Shown here in pieces: positions 1 to 13,162 of a stretch of 64,000 nt of DNA. The position numbers and the translations under genes were made by a program. The notes below the pieces were generated by a model, which had not been told where the DNA came from, searched no databases, and saw only the letters and a list, made by a program, of their open reading frames with translations. This DNA comes from Octopus sinensis (lineage: Eukaryota), in NCBI RefSeq assembly GCF_006345805.1, contig NC_043001.1, positions 10,416,001-10,480,000 of the forward strand. Reading direction: 5' to 3'. The stretch's first letter is position 1, and each line of letters begins with the position of its first letter.

Positions 1-121
1 ATTTAACGAATTGCAAAAACATTTTGGTATAGTAAGAATTAACACTGAACCAACAAACAAATGATTTTAAATGTTGCAACACTTGTTTCACTAAGAGTCT
101 TTATTTCAATTCAATCCTAAT

Positions 122-505
122 GGAATCACTCTGTTGGTTACGACGACGAGGGTTCCGGTTGATCCGAATCAACGGAACAGCCTGCTCGTGAAATTAACGT
201 GTAAGTGGCTGAGCACTCCACAGACACGTGTACCCTTAACGTAGTTCTCGGGGATATTCAGCGTGACACAGAGAGTGACAAGGCCGGCCCTTTGAAATAC
301 AGGTACAACAGAAACAAGAAGTAAGAGTGAGAGAAAGTTGAGGTGAAAGAGTACAGCAGGGATCACCACCATCCCCTGCCGGAGCCTCGTGCAGCTTTAG
401 GTGTTTTCGCTCAATAAACACTCACAACGCCCGGTCTGGGAATCGAAACTGCGATCCTATGACCGTGAGTCCGCTGCCCTAACCACTGGGCCATTGCGCC
501 TCCAC
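122..505 (-). mobile_element. tRNA-derived SINE (family D), full length
   Basis: Minus strand starts GTGGAGGCGCAATGGCCCAGTGGTTAGG (A box) ... GTTTCGATTCC (B box); 11-bp TSD tcaatcctaat at 111-121 and 506-516. Confidence 0.85.
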
Positions 506-1042
506 TCAATCCTAATACAATTTTATGGGTTATGCAATGAATTATGTAATTCTCATGCTCATCATCTGTGTGTGTGCGTAGGTATATGCGTGTACGTATA
601 AAGAGGAAATGAAATGAAGAGATAAATGGCTTTTAGGAGCCATTATGAATGTCTGCTCTAATAATGTCTAAAAATGTTAATGTGATTCTTGGTGCCTTTT
701 GTTTGTTTTTCATTGATTGTAAATACACCTCTGTGGCTTTCTTTTACTTTAAGGTCTATAACTGGGAATTACAATTCCTTCCTTTCCTGTTCTATACTAT
801 TCTTAATTGTCGGTTTCGTGACACACCCACTTTGTATGTTTCATAAATCAGTGTCTGTGATTCTAACTCCACTTGTCTGAGAATCAAAAAATTACTCAAC
901 AAGTCGTTATTTCAGTTTTAAATGTTACCTGATGAACATGAGAATTGCATAATGTTTAATTAATCTCTGAAATTGTATTATGCATGCATTAAAATCAAGA
1001 TTTTTAGAGAAATAATTATTACATGTAAAATTCATTAGTTTG

Positions 1043-1076
<34 letters not shown>

Positions 1077-1596
1077 TCCACACACACACACAGGTTTTTA
1101 TAATCCTTACTTCACCATTTTTGGAATCAGTGTTTCATATGGTGTCCTCTATGGACCGAAAAGGTGAGTTAAGTTTTTAACCCTTGGTGATGGTGTAATG
1201 GGTCATTGATGAAGGTTAATCAAATTTGAAATCATCTGATCATATGACCCCATCTCACTTGCCATGGGGAGCTTATCTCCATTGTCAGTCAGTAGGAAAG
1301 TGATATCGCATGGCTAAGGGTTGTTTTGACTCTTATTTCTAGCAATGCTGGTGCTGTCTAGAACCCTTGGTCACTTTAGTGACGTCTATACATGTGCCCT
1401 TTGGTTGTAAACTGCGAGTAGCCACCTTAATGATTTATACACGCACGTGTGTGTACAGTAGGCTTCCTCATAATTTCTTTCTATCAAATTTCACTCTTAA
1501 GAGGTTTTGGTTGATCCTATGCTTGTACAAGAGAAGCATATCAAAATGGCAGGCAATGAACTCGTGGTTATGAAGTGGATTGATTGATTGCGCAAC

Positions 1597-1875
1597 CATC
1601 ATCATCGTCATCATTTAACGTCTGCTTTCCATGCTAGCATGGGTTGGACGATTTGACTGAGGACTGGCGAACCAGGATCCAATCTGATCTGGCAGAGTTT
1701 CTACAGCTGGCTGCCCTTCCTAACGTCAACCACTCTGAGAGTGTAGTGGGTGATTTTACGTGCCACCGGCATGAGGGCCAGTCTGGCGGTACTGGCAACG
1801 GCCTCGCTCGAAATGATGTTTTTTTACATGCCACCTGCACAGGAGTCAGTCCAGTGGCACTGGCGCAACGTCACT
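1597..1875 (-). mobile_element. RTE-LINE 3'-end-derived repeat (family C, (GAT)n tail)
   Basis: catcat...tttaacgtctgctttccatgctagcatgggttgg...gcccttcctaacg; many copies in window. Confidence 0.75.
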
Positions 1876-1912
1876 CAAATGTTTTGTTCACAACCATGCC
1901 TGTAAAAATATA

Positions 1913-2130
1913 TATTTCTTTACTACCCACAAGGGGACAAACAAGGACAGACAAACGGATTAAGTCGATTATATCGACACCAGTGCATAACTGGTACTTA
2001 ATTTATCGACCCCGAAAAGATGAAAGGCAAAGTCGACCTCAGCGGAATTCGAACTCAGAAAGTAACGGCAGACGAAATATACGGCTACGCATTTCGCCCG
2101 GCATGCTAATGTTTCTGCCAGCTCGCCGTA
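1913..2130 (-). mobile_element. SINE family B (head ggcgagctggcagaaac, B box gagttcgaattcc, core gcctttcatcttttcggggtcgataaattaagtacc)
   Basis: Matches about 10 other copies in window. Confidence 0.8.
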
Positions 2131-5100
2131 TTTGCCTGTAATAATATAGTTTGTATTTTCTCAAGTCAGTTGATTTGAAAGAGTAATTGCTACAAAATTA
2201 AGAGCATTTTTAATGTTATATACTGGGTTCTCCAATGTCAGTATTTTTAAATAAACCCATCAAAGATGTGTTAAGATATTTCTTCATAAAACAAGGACAA
2301 GGAATTATTACCACGTATGGAATTATGTAGATGTCTCAAGTGTGGCAACAGAATAATTCATAATACTTAGCAATTTCATATATGAAAAATTTAACTTAAT
2401 TTTTCAATTGCTGCCCAATCTAATGCATTTAATTTTAAGCTAAAAAGATGCTTTTTAACATCTATTTTGGTGTCAAATTACAAAACATATTTATTTATTG
2501 TATGCTACACCATATGCATTAAATGTGCCATTTCAAAACAGCCTTAGGCACGTGATTGTAACAATATTTGTATGTTTCTAGAAGTATTTTATTTCTTCAA
2601 TTGATGGAAGTACAAGACATCAATAATCAATTTAAGCTTTAAGTTTATGGTTGATAATAACTGTTTAATATTTTTTTTGTTAGCTTCTTTATTTTTCTCT
2701 ACTTCCTCTGTTAGGCTATTTGGCATGTGATTAATAGTAGCATTCGTATGGTTTCTATGCAGGACTTAGAATTGAAAATTTAAAAACTGAAATTTCTGTT
2801 GTTTGCTAAAACTGTTTTCATTTGAATCTGATGGCATCAAAGTAAATACTAAATTTGGCATATTTTCCATTTTTTTAATACTTTAAAAGTGAGCACATTT
2901 AATTTACTGTGTATGTATTTAGTATTGAGCTGGGGGATATCAGCAAGTTCTTGCGATGAATTTTGCAAGATCTCCTAAACTTAACTCCTACAACTTAACT
3001 TGAACATATACAGATTTCTGATTGTGACACAGGAATGAAAATGACATAGTAGATGCCGAAACATTTTTGATTATCAGAATGTTTGTGTGTGTGTGTGTGG
3101 TGTATGTATACTTGCAAGAGTATATGAGTGCAAAGCAATACTTAGGGCTGCAATAGTGAAGTCGCAGTTATTGGGATAAATTCCCAGCCTGTGTTCTGTG
3201 TGTGTATGTGACTTAAGACAGTATCAGAATAGTTGAACTGATGTACTGTCTAGAGCATTCGGCATTCTTTCGATATTAGTCCCATTTACCTCACGTGTAT
3301 TTTTTTGTTTGTTTGTTTTTCCAGTTTCAGCTCTTGAGCTGTGGCCATGCTGGGGCACCGCCATTATTTGTTTACATTTGAAGAAGAAGATCGTCACTTT
3401 CCGTAAAATTTTAATTTTTTTTTATATATGTGGGGTTAGGGGTGGGGGGAAGGGTATCTTTTTTCTTCAGAAATGTAAATAAACCCACGCGGGTTTATAA
3501 GTGACAGTTATGTTACTAGTAACGAATGATCGCAGAACATTCTGATTAACGAACATTTTTGAATGTTTAAGCCAACAAGGGAATCTCACTGTAATTTTGC
3601 CTGACCTGCTAGAAATCACAACCAAACCCCACTATTTAAGAATGCATTAAATACTGTGTTGCTGGGTTTTCTGCACATCGACAAAAAAATGCAATGTTCA
3701 TGACTGGAATACTTTTGCTCATAGATCTATCTATTCCATCTGAGATGACCTGGGAGCTAAACAACAACAACAACAACGATTAGGTACATTGTGTTCTCAG
3801 GAAGTGGATGGTGACTATACTATCAGGATGCTGAAAATTGTTGACATAATAGATAATTTTGTTCTACATCAGTTGTTGTTTTTTTTTTTTTTCCTCTAAC
3901 AATTTGTATAAGCCATCTCTTATTCCATATTCTGTTTGAAATTCTGTGTGTGCTGCTGTTTGCAATGTGGCCGAGAGCAGGATAAAATAGCTATAAAAAG
4001 ATCTATCATCAACGCAAATGTAATTCGAAAAACTTAACTGAACATCAACATTTTTGGTAAAGTTTTAGGAATAGTTCCAGGCAATGTTTATTTGGTTTAC
4101 AAAACACATTAAGATAGTGTGATCTTTGACTAGTTGTTTGTTTATTTTATTTGTCAACAAAAACCTCTAAGTATATTTACTTGATAGATAATCAATGAAA
4201 ATTTCTCATTACTTCACTTTACTGCCCTAAACATACTCCATATATTTTCCAAACTCTACGGAGATTAACGTTTACACTATTGTAAATTCATTAAATCTCA
4301 GCTCTGTCCTTTCCTGTTAAAATGTAGCTGCCAGTTTTGATCACATACGCTCAGTGTAATATGGGTTTCCGCACTCTTTACTTATACTTTGATCTAATTT
4401 TCTACAAGAACACACAAATTAACCAACAATGACTTTGATGCCTATCTGTGTGAGAAAATTGAATTTACTGTTTAGAATAAAAGTATGATGCCTGGCCAAT
4501 TCAACCATTGAAACAATTACTGACTTTGTGATAGTTATGTATTCATGTTATTATCATTATTGTTCTTTGAATTCTTAGCTCACATGAATTCTGTTTGTTT
4601 GGTAATTCCAGAACTAAAACTCCATTAAATAAAATTTTTATAATAAACACACTAACGTGAGTAAAATAGTTGAATATTTTAGATTTGGTGTGGAAAGAAT
4701 TTCTTCTTTCTCTACTTTTCTGCATAAAGTCTGTATTGAAAACTCTTTAAAAGAAATGAATTAAATAAAATCAAACTTCACTGCACAGGTATTTGATGCT
4801 TTTCAAAGAAATGCATTTACTCGAAGCTATAAAGTTCAAATACAAGAATTTCATTTGATTCTGGCACAGTTGAATAAAATCACAGTGAAAGAAAATGACA
4901 AGGGTGTCACATGAGGTGCTTTTCAGATGAGCCTCAAATGCGATGTCAGTCTCCAACAGGATAAATAATCAACAACTAGCAATCTATGTAGTGAGTGGAG
5001 CAAAAAGAATTTTAAGTTGAATTTTTTTCTACCCTCATCAAAGTATCTGGTAATCATTAAAACTCTTCCAGGGAAACAGCAGGCAGAGAATTGGCCCTTA

Positions 5101-5639
5101 GTTATAGACACAGCTGGAGTTTCCTATTCATGTTATATGCATCGATGAGGGAAATATTTTCAATAAAATTGTACTTCTCTACATTAAATAACTTTAATAC
5201 TTGTTTAAAAGAATGATTTATATTTACATGTACACATAATTGCATGTTAGGTTTTTATGCGATTATATAGCTACATGTGAAATATGTTCTTGTTTTATTG
5301 TTTGGTTAGCCATATAGCTCAGTAACTCTCTGGTTTGGGGTTCAACCGCAGGCTGGGGCATCTTCAGCAAATGTCTTCAACCTTAAACTCAGGCCAACTG
5401 AAACTTCTTACATTAATTTGATTGATGAAAACTGTACTGAAGTCCATCGTTTGTGTGTGTGTGTTTGTTTGTGTGTGCACGCTTGTGTTTGTGTGTGTGT
5501 GTGTGCATGTGCATGCACACGTGTGTGTGTGTTTAACTGACACATGCATGATGTTTTCCTTTTTATAATATTGCCAGTTGCAATGATTCTTGTATTAGCA
5601 TTTTTTTTCTCCTGATGAGATGAGAGTTGCAGCATTGAG

Positions 5640-6020
5640 TTGTACTGTAAGAAGGCAAAGTGTGATGTTCTGGAGAAGTGAAACCTGGACTTTGAAAGTG
5701 AAGATTGGTTAGAAAGGAGATGAACAGGTTCCACTGGGTGGATAATGCTGGCTGTATGAATAAGTGAGCTTTGTTAAAGCGGAGGAAAAACTGGCTTATA
5801 AGAAATATCAGGTTTATAAAAGAGGAAACTTCATTGCTGATGATATATGATGTATGAGAAGGGTGTAAACTGAGTGAAATACCAAACAATCAAAACTGAA
5901 TTTGTGGAAGAGGAAGATGCGAGGAGGGCTTATCATGGATGTTGACTTCATGAAGGAAATTACAAAAGACTGTAAGAAACAGTGAGACACTATGTTGGAG
6001 AGAACTTAGCAAACCATGGA
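5640..6020 (+). mobile_element. Possible very decayed RTE ORF2 C-terminus
   Basis: Frameshifted traces CGRGR and MKEITKD...MLERT resemble the RTE C-terminus at 21962-22096. Confidence 0.25.
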
Positions 6021-6210
6021 ATTGTGAACATAAAAGCATAATGATGATGGCAATGTGATTATGAGAATAACTATGATGGTGATGGTTATTAGGGTTGTTA
6101 TGTCTGGCTTAAATCACACATAAACAGCTTATAATGTAAGTTGTGAAAGTATGTACAAATTGTAGATTCATTATCTCTGATCGCCTCATGCGTGTGTATG
6201 AATAATGCTG

Positions 6211-6214
<4 letters not shown>

Positions 6215-6267
<53 letters not shown>

Positions 6268-6368
6268 GGGTTTGTATGATTGTGTATAGAGGGATATATA
6301 TTATTCAAAGGAATTCCAACTCTGTCTGTCTTTTTATGTTTTATTTATATTCTTTATATATTAATGCA

Positions 6369-6418
<50 letters not shown>

Positions 6419-6428
6419 TATATATATA
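6215..6428. repeat. Two (TA)n microsatellites (about 6215-6263 and 6371-6428)
   Basis: Direct reading. Confidence 0.95.
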
Positions 6429-6430
6429 CT

Positions 6431-6925
6431 AACTTTGTAAATAGTTAATAATTTATCAGAGCTGAAGTATTTTCTCAACCTGGATAGTTTATAAGATATT
6501 CTGTCTACGACATATATATCATCATATCATCATCATCATCATCATTTAACGTCCGCTTTCCATGCTAGTATGGGTTGGGCAGTTCAACTGGGGTCTGTGA
6601 AGCCAGAAGGCTGCTTCAGGCCCAGTCTGATCTGGCAGTGTTTCTACGGCTGGATGCCCTTCCTAACACCAACCACTCCGTGAATGTAGTGGGTGCTTTT
6701 TACGTGCCAGACGGAGCTGGCAGACGGCCACGGACGGATGCTGCTATACATAAAATATATAGGGTGGCGAATATTGTTAGAAATTTCACCACCATGTATA
6801 AAAAGTTAATAGACAACATAATCTCAATATATATATATGTATGTCATAGACAAAATATCTTATAAAACTCTCCAGGTTGAGAAAATACTTCAGCTCTGAT
6901 AAATTATTAAACCATTTACAAAGTT
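6431..6925. repeat. Inverted repeat, ~90-bp arms (6431-6519 / 6836-6925), enclosing a family C fragment (6519-6720, minus)
   Basis: aactttgtaaatagttaataatttatcagagctgaagtattttctcaacctgg... reappears reverse-complemented. Confidence 0.9.
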
Positions 6926-7204
6926 TAAGCGAGACCCACTTTGGGTTCTGTTCAGAGATACAAGACGGTGGGACTACTCATGCACAAACAAAACATCCTA
7001 GCAATTATCCAAATGAAGGCCTTTCTACTCACCAACATTCTACAATCATGGGCACAAGTTTCACTGTTTCTTTCTAAAGGTCTTCTTCCTCCACTGTTGT
7101 AGTCTCTCCATTTCTAACCTAACATGTTAAATACTATCTCAGCTCCTGTTCACCAAAGGCACCTATTTCTCTTCTTTTCCTCACTGTTTATCACCCTACA
7201 TTAA

Positions 7205-7404
7205 CCCTACATTACCACCAGACTGGCCCTCGTGCTGGTGGAACGTAAAAGCACCCACTACACTCTCAGAGTGGTTGGCGTTAGGAAGGGCATCCAGATG
7301 TAGAAACTCTGCCAGGTCAGATTGGAGCCTGGTGCAGCCATCTGGTTCACCAGCCCTCAGTCAAACCGTCCAACCCATGCTAGCATGGAAAGCGGACGTT
7401 AAAC

Positions 7405-7440
<36 letters not shown>
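7205..7440 (+). mobile_element. Family C (RTE 3' end) with long (GAT)n tail
   Basis: ggttggcgttaggaagggcatccag...aacccatgctagcatggaaagcggacgttaaac(gat)n. Confidence 0.8.
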
Positions 7441-7441
<1 letters not shown>

Positions 7442-8175
7442 AACAACTTCATCCAATCATTACATTTTGGATCTGCCACCCTCTTCGACTCATTCTCTCT
7501 GCATCGTTTTCCTACCATACATCATTCACAGAACAACAATATATTGATCTCGTTGAGGATTTGCAAAAGTGTTCGTTGTGGACAGCCACTAATTAATAAA
7601 ATATATTTGAAAATAAAACCAAACAATCTTATTTTTATGATTGTATCTAAATAGCTGTTTCTATGGAACATTCTATAGAATATCTCTTCCCAACCCCCAA
7701 AAGTTTTTGTTTTGTTGCCCACCAGAAGGATTTACATTTGGTAATTTCATTGTTACTTCATGTAATACAGGTATTACCCGGGTGTTGCTTAGGTGCGATG
7801 TTTGCAGTTATATACAACAGCGATTGATAGTCCAATAAATATTTTCCGTTGTTTTCCTCTCTTCTTAAGCAATATCTTTAATAACTTTCATGCACGATTC
7901 TGCTTGTTTTCTTTTTCATTCCATTTCTGTTTAAAATGGTTTGTTCTCTGATGATAGTTCAAAGAATTCAGAAGAATTCTTATATTGTTTGTGTAGAATG
8001 AATGAATGCAATATGGTGAATAGTTTTGAAGTTAACTTTATAATCACAAGACATCTGGTTCAATCCCATTCGATGGCACCTTGCTCAAGTGTCTTTTATT
8101 GCATCCTCTGTTCCACCCAAGCCTTTTGAGCAAAAGAAATTTATGTGGATGGTACTGGATGGATTGTCTATGTAA

Positions 8176-8566
8176 CTAGCAGTATCGCTCGGCATTGCTT
8201 GGGTTTGTTTCGACCCTTTAGAATTGGAATTTTTGAAAAGTAAAAATTTTGCATTATGTAGCTTGTTATTCTCTTAAAGTGAACATTTTTCTGGTTGAAA
8301 TACACCGAAAAATGGTGACACAGCAGTAAAAAATCGTAAAAAATAGGGATTTTCATAGAAAAAAAGCACCTTTTTGATGTAAATAATTTTTGGTGTTAAC
8401 ATGGTCTGATTTGAATTTTTTCTTATATGGAAGGAAGAGCAATCCCTCTTCTATCATACTCTCAATTTTGGTCAACTTGCACCACAGGGTCTCGGAGGAG
8501 ATAGTGTTAGTTGAAGGCTACCAAACCTGCCATACACAGACAACTTCAGCTTTATATAGAGAGAGA
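8176..8566 (-). mobile_element. Non-autonomous Helitron-like element (family H1)
   Basis: Minus strand A|TCTC...TATATAAAGCTGAAG ... subterminal GC hairpin ... CTAG|T; near-identical interior at 36918 and 58074. Confidence 0.75.
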
Positions 8567-8900
8567 TTTAAAAGCACAGCCTTGTCATATTCTGTGTCAC
8601 ACTGAATCTCCCTGAGAATTACCTGTCGGCGGATTACTAAACCATTTTTACACTAATTCATTCAATGAACAGGTAATCCAGTTGATCAAACAACTTAATA
8701 CTCATCATCAGAACGGATGGGGATCTAATCTCACCTAATGAGTGAATGAATACATGTTAATATATACAATACATGAGAAATAAGTACTCAAACAGAATGT
8801 GTTGAGTAATATTAAACTGGAACTTTACCGTTGCAGCTCTGAGTTTTGCTTTGTATTAATGTGTATATACATGCATGTATAATATACTCTTGCAAGTATA

Positions 8901-9141
8901 CTCTCTTTACTCTCTCTTTTACTTGTTTCAGTCATTTGACTGCGGGCATGCTGGAGCACTGCCTTTAGTCGAGCAAATCGACCCCAGGTCTTATTCTTTG
9001 TAGGCCTAGTACTTATTCTATTGGTCTCTTTTGCCAAACTACTGAGTTACAGGGACGTAAACACACCAGCATCGGTTGTCAAGCGATGTTGGGGGAACAA
9101 TCACAGACACACATATACACACACACACACATACATACATA

Positions 9142-9172
<31 letters not shown>

Positions 9173-9341
9173 TTATATATGATGGACTTTTTTCAGTTTC
9201 CGTCTACCAAATCCACTCACAAGGCTTTGGTCGGCCCGAGGCTATAGTAGAAGACACTTGCCCAAGGTGCCATGCAGTCGGACTGAACCCAGAACCATGT
9301 GGTTGGTAAGCAAGCTACTTACCACACAGCCACTCCTACAT
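8901..9341 (-). mobile_element. SINE family A (head ggagtggctgtgtggtaag, central TA/TG microsatellite, cagtca-aa-tgactg hairpin, (gtaaaaga)n tail), older subfamily
   Basis: About 13 copies in window; B box ggttcagtcc. Confidence 0.85.
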
Positions 9342-9433
9342 CTATACATACAGACACAGACAAACATTCTGTTAATCAAAATGTACCCCGTCTATCATGT
9401 CATCAAATATTCTTTGTCCCTTTTACTCATGCA

Positions 9434-11232
9434 TGTACTACATAGAAATACTAGCGAAAAAGTCCCCTCCGGTTAAGATGTTGACAGAATTACAATAGAA
9501 ATAAAGTGTATAGTATAGCAGCAATTAGAAGCAGTAGATGGTATTAATAATTTCTTAAGGCGGCGAGCTGGCAGAAATGTTAGCATGCCTGGCAAAATGC
9601 CTAGCGGTATTTCATCTGCCGCTACGTTCTGAGTTCAAATTCCGCCCTTCAGTCCTACCCAATTCTTACAACGGTTGCCTTATTCCCCTCCTTCATCCAT
9701 CCCTCCCATTTCTCACTCAGCCATGCCCTCTTGCAACCTCCACTAAACCCACATTCCGAGTCTCTCTCTCTCTCTCTGTCTCCACTCATTTCTAATGATC
9801 TTGTACCTTGAGAGTCTATCCTAACACTTCATCCCTACTATTTTTATCTCTTTCCTGCTCCACCTGGTCACTCTTATTTTTCCTTCTAAAATGTGAATTG
9901 TATAGCACCTCCGCTGCAAGGAACTGTTCTTCTCTGGCCTCTTCTCCCATACTTTTACCTATCATCTCCTAGCATAAAGCTTCCCCCTCAGGGGTTTTTA
10001 GACTTGCAAGATGCATGGTGACCCCACTAGTGCTGATGGTATGAAGAAAAAGAAAAGCACCCGATATATACTGAAAGGTGGTTGGCATTATGAAAGGCAT
10101 CTAGCCATAGAAACCACATCAAAGCAAACACTGGGGCACAATGCAGTCCTTGGGTCCACTGGATCCTGTTAAACTATCCAATCCATGACAGTTTGGAACA
10201 TGGACATTAAAATAATAACAATGATGGTGGTAGCCCTTTGCTGAATTTATTCATAAGAAGGTATATTCTTTAGAAAGAGATCATTTCCACAAATTGCATA
10301 GGCACTGCTTCAGTAAATAACTAAAGATCAAAAACAGTGAAGCACATCCAGAGTACAACTGGAAGAGACAGAAATAGTTTTTGAAAAGCATTCGTTATCT
10401 GAACTGACTGAAATAATACATATACATCAGAAATAAAGTGATGCTTGACATAGCCACACTGATTGAAGCTTTTCAAAGGGGACAGAGGTAAAAATAATCA
10501 TTAGAAATTATTAATACCTATTTCTTTACTACCCACAAGGGGCTAAACACAGAGAGGACAAACAAGGACAGACAAATGGATTAAGTCGATTATATCGACC
10601 CCAGTGCGTAACTGGTACTTATTTAATCGACCCCAAAAGGATGAAAGGCAAAGTCGACCTCGGCGGAATTTGAACTCAGAACGCAGCGGCGGACAAAATA
10701 CCTATTTCTTTACTACCCACAAGGGGCTAAACACAGAGGACAAACAAGGACAGACAAACGGATTAAGTCGATTATATCGACCCCAGTGCGTAACTGGTAT
10801 TTATTTGATCGATCCCAAAAGGATGAAAGGCAAAGTCGACCTCGGCGGAATTTGAACTCAGAATGTAGCGGCAGACAAAATACCTATTTCTTTACTGCCC
10901 ACAAGGGGCTAAACACAGAGAGGACAAACAAGGACAGACAAACGGATTAAGTCGATTATATCGGCCCTAGTGTGTAACTGGTACTTATTTAATCGACCCC
11001 AAAAGGATGAAAGGCAAAGTCGACCTCGGTGAATTTGAACTCAGAACGTAACGGCAGACGAAATACCGCTAGGCATTTCGACCAGCGTGCTAGCGTTTCT
11101 GCCAGCTCGCCGCCTTAAGAAATTATTAATACCATGTACTGCTTCTAATTGCTGCTATACTTTATTTCTATTGTAATTCTGCCAACATCTTAACCGGAGG
11201 GGACTTTTTCACTAGTATTTCTATGTAGTACA
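9434..11232. repeat. Inverted duplication: arms 9434-9646 and 11028-11232 (unique-looking flank plus SINE B head)
   Basis: ~120 bp of non-SINE sequence reverse-complemented with 3 substitutions and one 7-nt indel. Confidence 0.92.
10519..11115 (-). mobile_element. SINE B tandem trimer (units of 184 and 182 bp plus one full copy) inside one 16-bp TSD
   Basis: Units start at 10514, 10698 and 10880; TSD agaaattattaatacc at 10503-10518 and 11118-11133. Confidence 0.88.
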
Positions 11233-12462
11233 CAGCCAACTACTTATTGTTCCATTAACATTTACAGGAAACTAGCCTGCTACTATTTTACAGCATGTTG
11301 CAGAATCTCTCTTTCTCTGACAGTTTGCTGCACTTCTAAATTAAAAATCAGAACAGTATTTAAAATTTTTTTTTTTTCCCTCATTGTCTTCACAGATGGG
11401 GGTTAAACCAAGCCAAGCCAAGCCTTTCTCCACTCTGTGACATTTACAAAATAGTTTTTCGTTTTTTTTATTATTATTAATTTATCATAGAAATTTCCTG
11501 ATTTAATCAAATTACATTATAGATTTTTTCCTTTTTTGCATTTATTTTTTAAGTCAGTGATATAGTTGTTTGGAAACAATTAGAGAATAAAATATTAGTA
11601 AAACTGATAAGCTACATCCATGATTAAAAAATACTTGACAAGACAGATTCAAATCAAGATAGATAATCTGTCACTAATTCTAAATAGATTTATCTTTGAT
11701 TTTTCTCTTTTACTTTTATCAATACCTATATTTTCATGAACTCGAGTATTTATTCTTTTGGATGTCTTATATATTATGTAGCCTTTTATGACAGAACTTA
11801 ATTTAGATGCTTGTAAACTGACAGTTAGCCTTACTAGCTTTAGGTATCCCTAGATGTAGTCCTCTGCTGTATCACTTCGATTTTATACTTGCTATTCTAT
11901 TGATTTTTGACTTGTGAGTTTAGAACTTATCATGTAATGAAGTAGAGATGCTATTGAGTAACTCTGGTTAACTCTTCTCACACAGCCATATGACACCTGT
12001 ATGTGCCACATATTCTGTCACCTGTAGTTGACTCTGTGTGTGTGTGTAATGAGGAATGATATCAGGACTTGTTGAATTTGTTTTACCTGCTCTGGTATCT
12101 AGAATATGTGCAAGTTAGACACGATCAGTTCGTGACAGCATCACTTTATTTCTGATGTCTATGTATTATTTCAGTCAGTTCAGATAACGAATGCTTTTCA
12201 AAAGCTATTTCTGTCTCTTCCAGTTGTACTCTGGATGTGCATCACTGTTTTTGATCTTTAGTTATTTACTGAAGCAGTACCTATGCAATTTATGGAAATG
12301 ATCTCTTTCTAAAGAATATACCTTCTTATGAATAAATTCAGCAATTAAAAATCGAGGATATTCTTAATGAGTTTTAAGAAAGGCAAAACTAATTGGATGA
12401 TCTTCACTTTTGACTCCTGTGGTTTTATCCATGGGTTATACTTTCACAGCAAGTTGAAATAT

Positions 12463-12899
12463 ACTCTTTTACTTTTTTACTTGTTTCAGTCATTTGACTG
12501 TGGCCATCCTGGAGCACCGCCTGTAGTCGACCAAATCGACCCCAGGACTTATTCTTTGTAAGCCTAGTACTTATTCTATCGGCTTCTTTTGCAGAGTTGC
12601 TAAGTTATGGGGAAGTAAACACACCAGCATCAATTGTCAAACGATGTTGGGGGGACAAACACAGACACACAAACATGCACGCACACACACATACACACAC
12701 ACACGTATATATATATATATACACACACACATATATACAACGGGCTTCTTTCAGTTTCCGTCTACCAAATCCACTCACAAGGCTTTAGTCAGCCCGAGGC
12801 TATAGTAGAAGACACTTGCCCAAGGTGCCAAACAGTGGAACTGAACCCAGAACCATGTGGTTGGTAAGCAAGCTACTTACCACACAGCCACTCCTGCAC
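12463..12899 (-). mobile_element. SINE family A, older subfamily
   Basis: Full head, body and tail match to other copies. Confidence 0.85.
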
Positions 12900-12949
12900 T
12901 AATTGAAAACTAAACATATTTCTATATGATTTCTGTATACAATAATCTT

Positions 12950-13162
12950 TTCTTCTGTAGGCACAAGGCCTGAAATTTTTGGGGAGGGGACTAGTTGATT
13001 ACATCGACCCCAGTACTCAACTTGTACTTATTTTATCGAGCCCCCAAAAGGATGAAAGGCAAAGTAGACCTCGGCAGAATTTGAACTCAGAATGTAAGGT
13101 CAGGCAAAATGCTGCTCTGCGTTTTGCCTGGTGTGCTAACGATTCTGCCAGCTCACCGCCTT
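12950..13162 (-). mobile_element. SINE family B with alternative tail (ccccaaaaatttcaggccttgtgcct)
   Basis: Same head and core as family B, different 3' module. Confidence 0.75.

Noticed and set aside
430-505. tRNA gene (also 62530-62601)
   Set aside because: A and B boxes are present, but they continue into SINE bodies with no acceptor-stem closure; the first has a TSD.
1644-2141. 165-aa ORF
   Set aside because: It spans a family C fragment and a SINE B junction; no domain signature.
9076-9309. Recurrent ORFs MSSDVGGT.../MTTDAGVF.../MSSNARGT... as a gene family
   Set aside because: All are readings of SINE family A copies on either strand; they vary freely in frame and length.
11370-11450. 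Acceptor-like ttttccctcattgtcttcacag|ATGGGG as the missing upstream exon
   Set aside because: Short frames with stops, no Ig or signal-peptide features, no donor.
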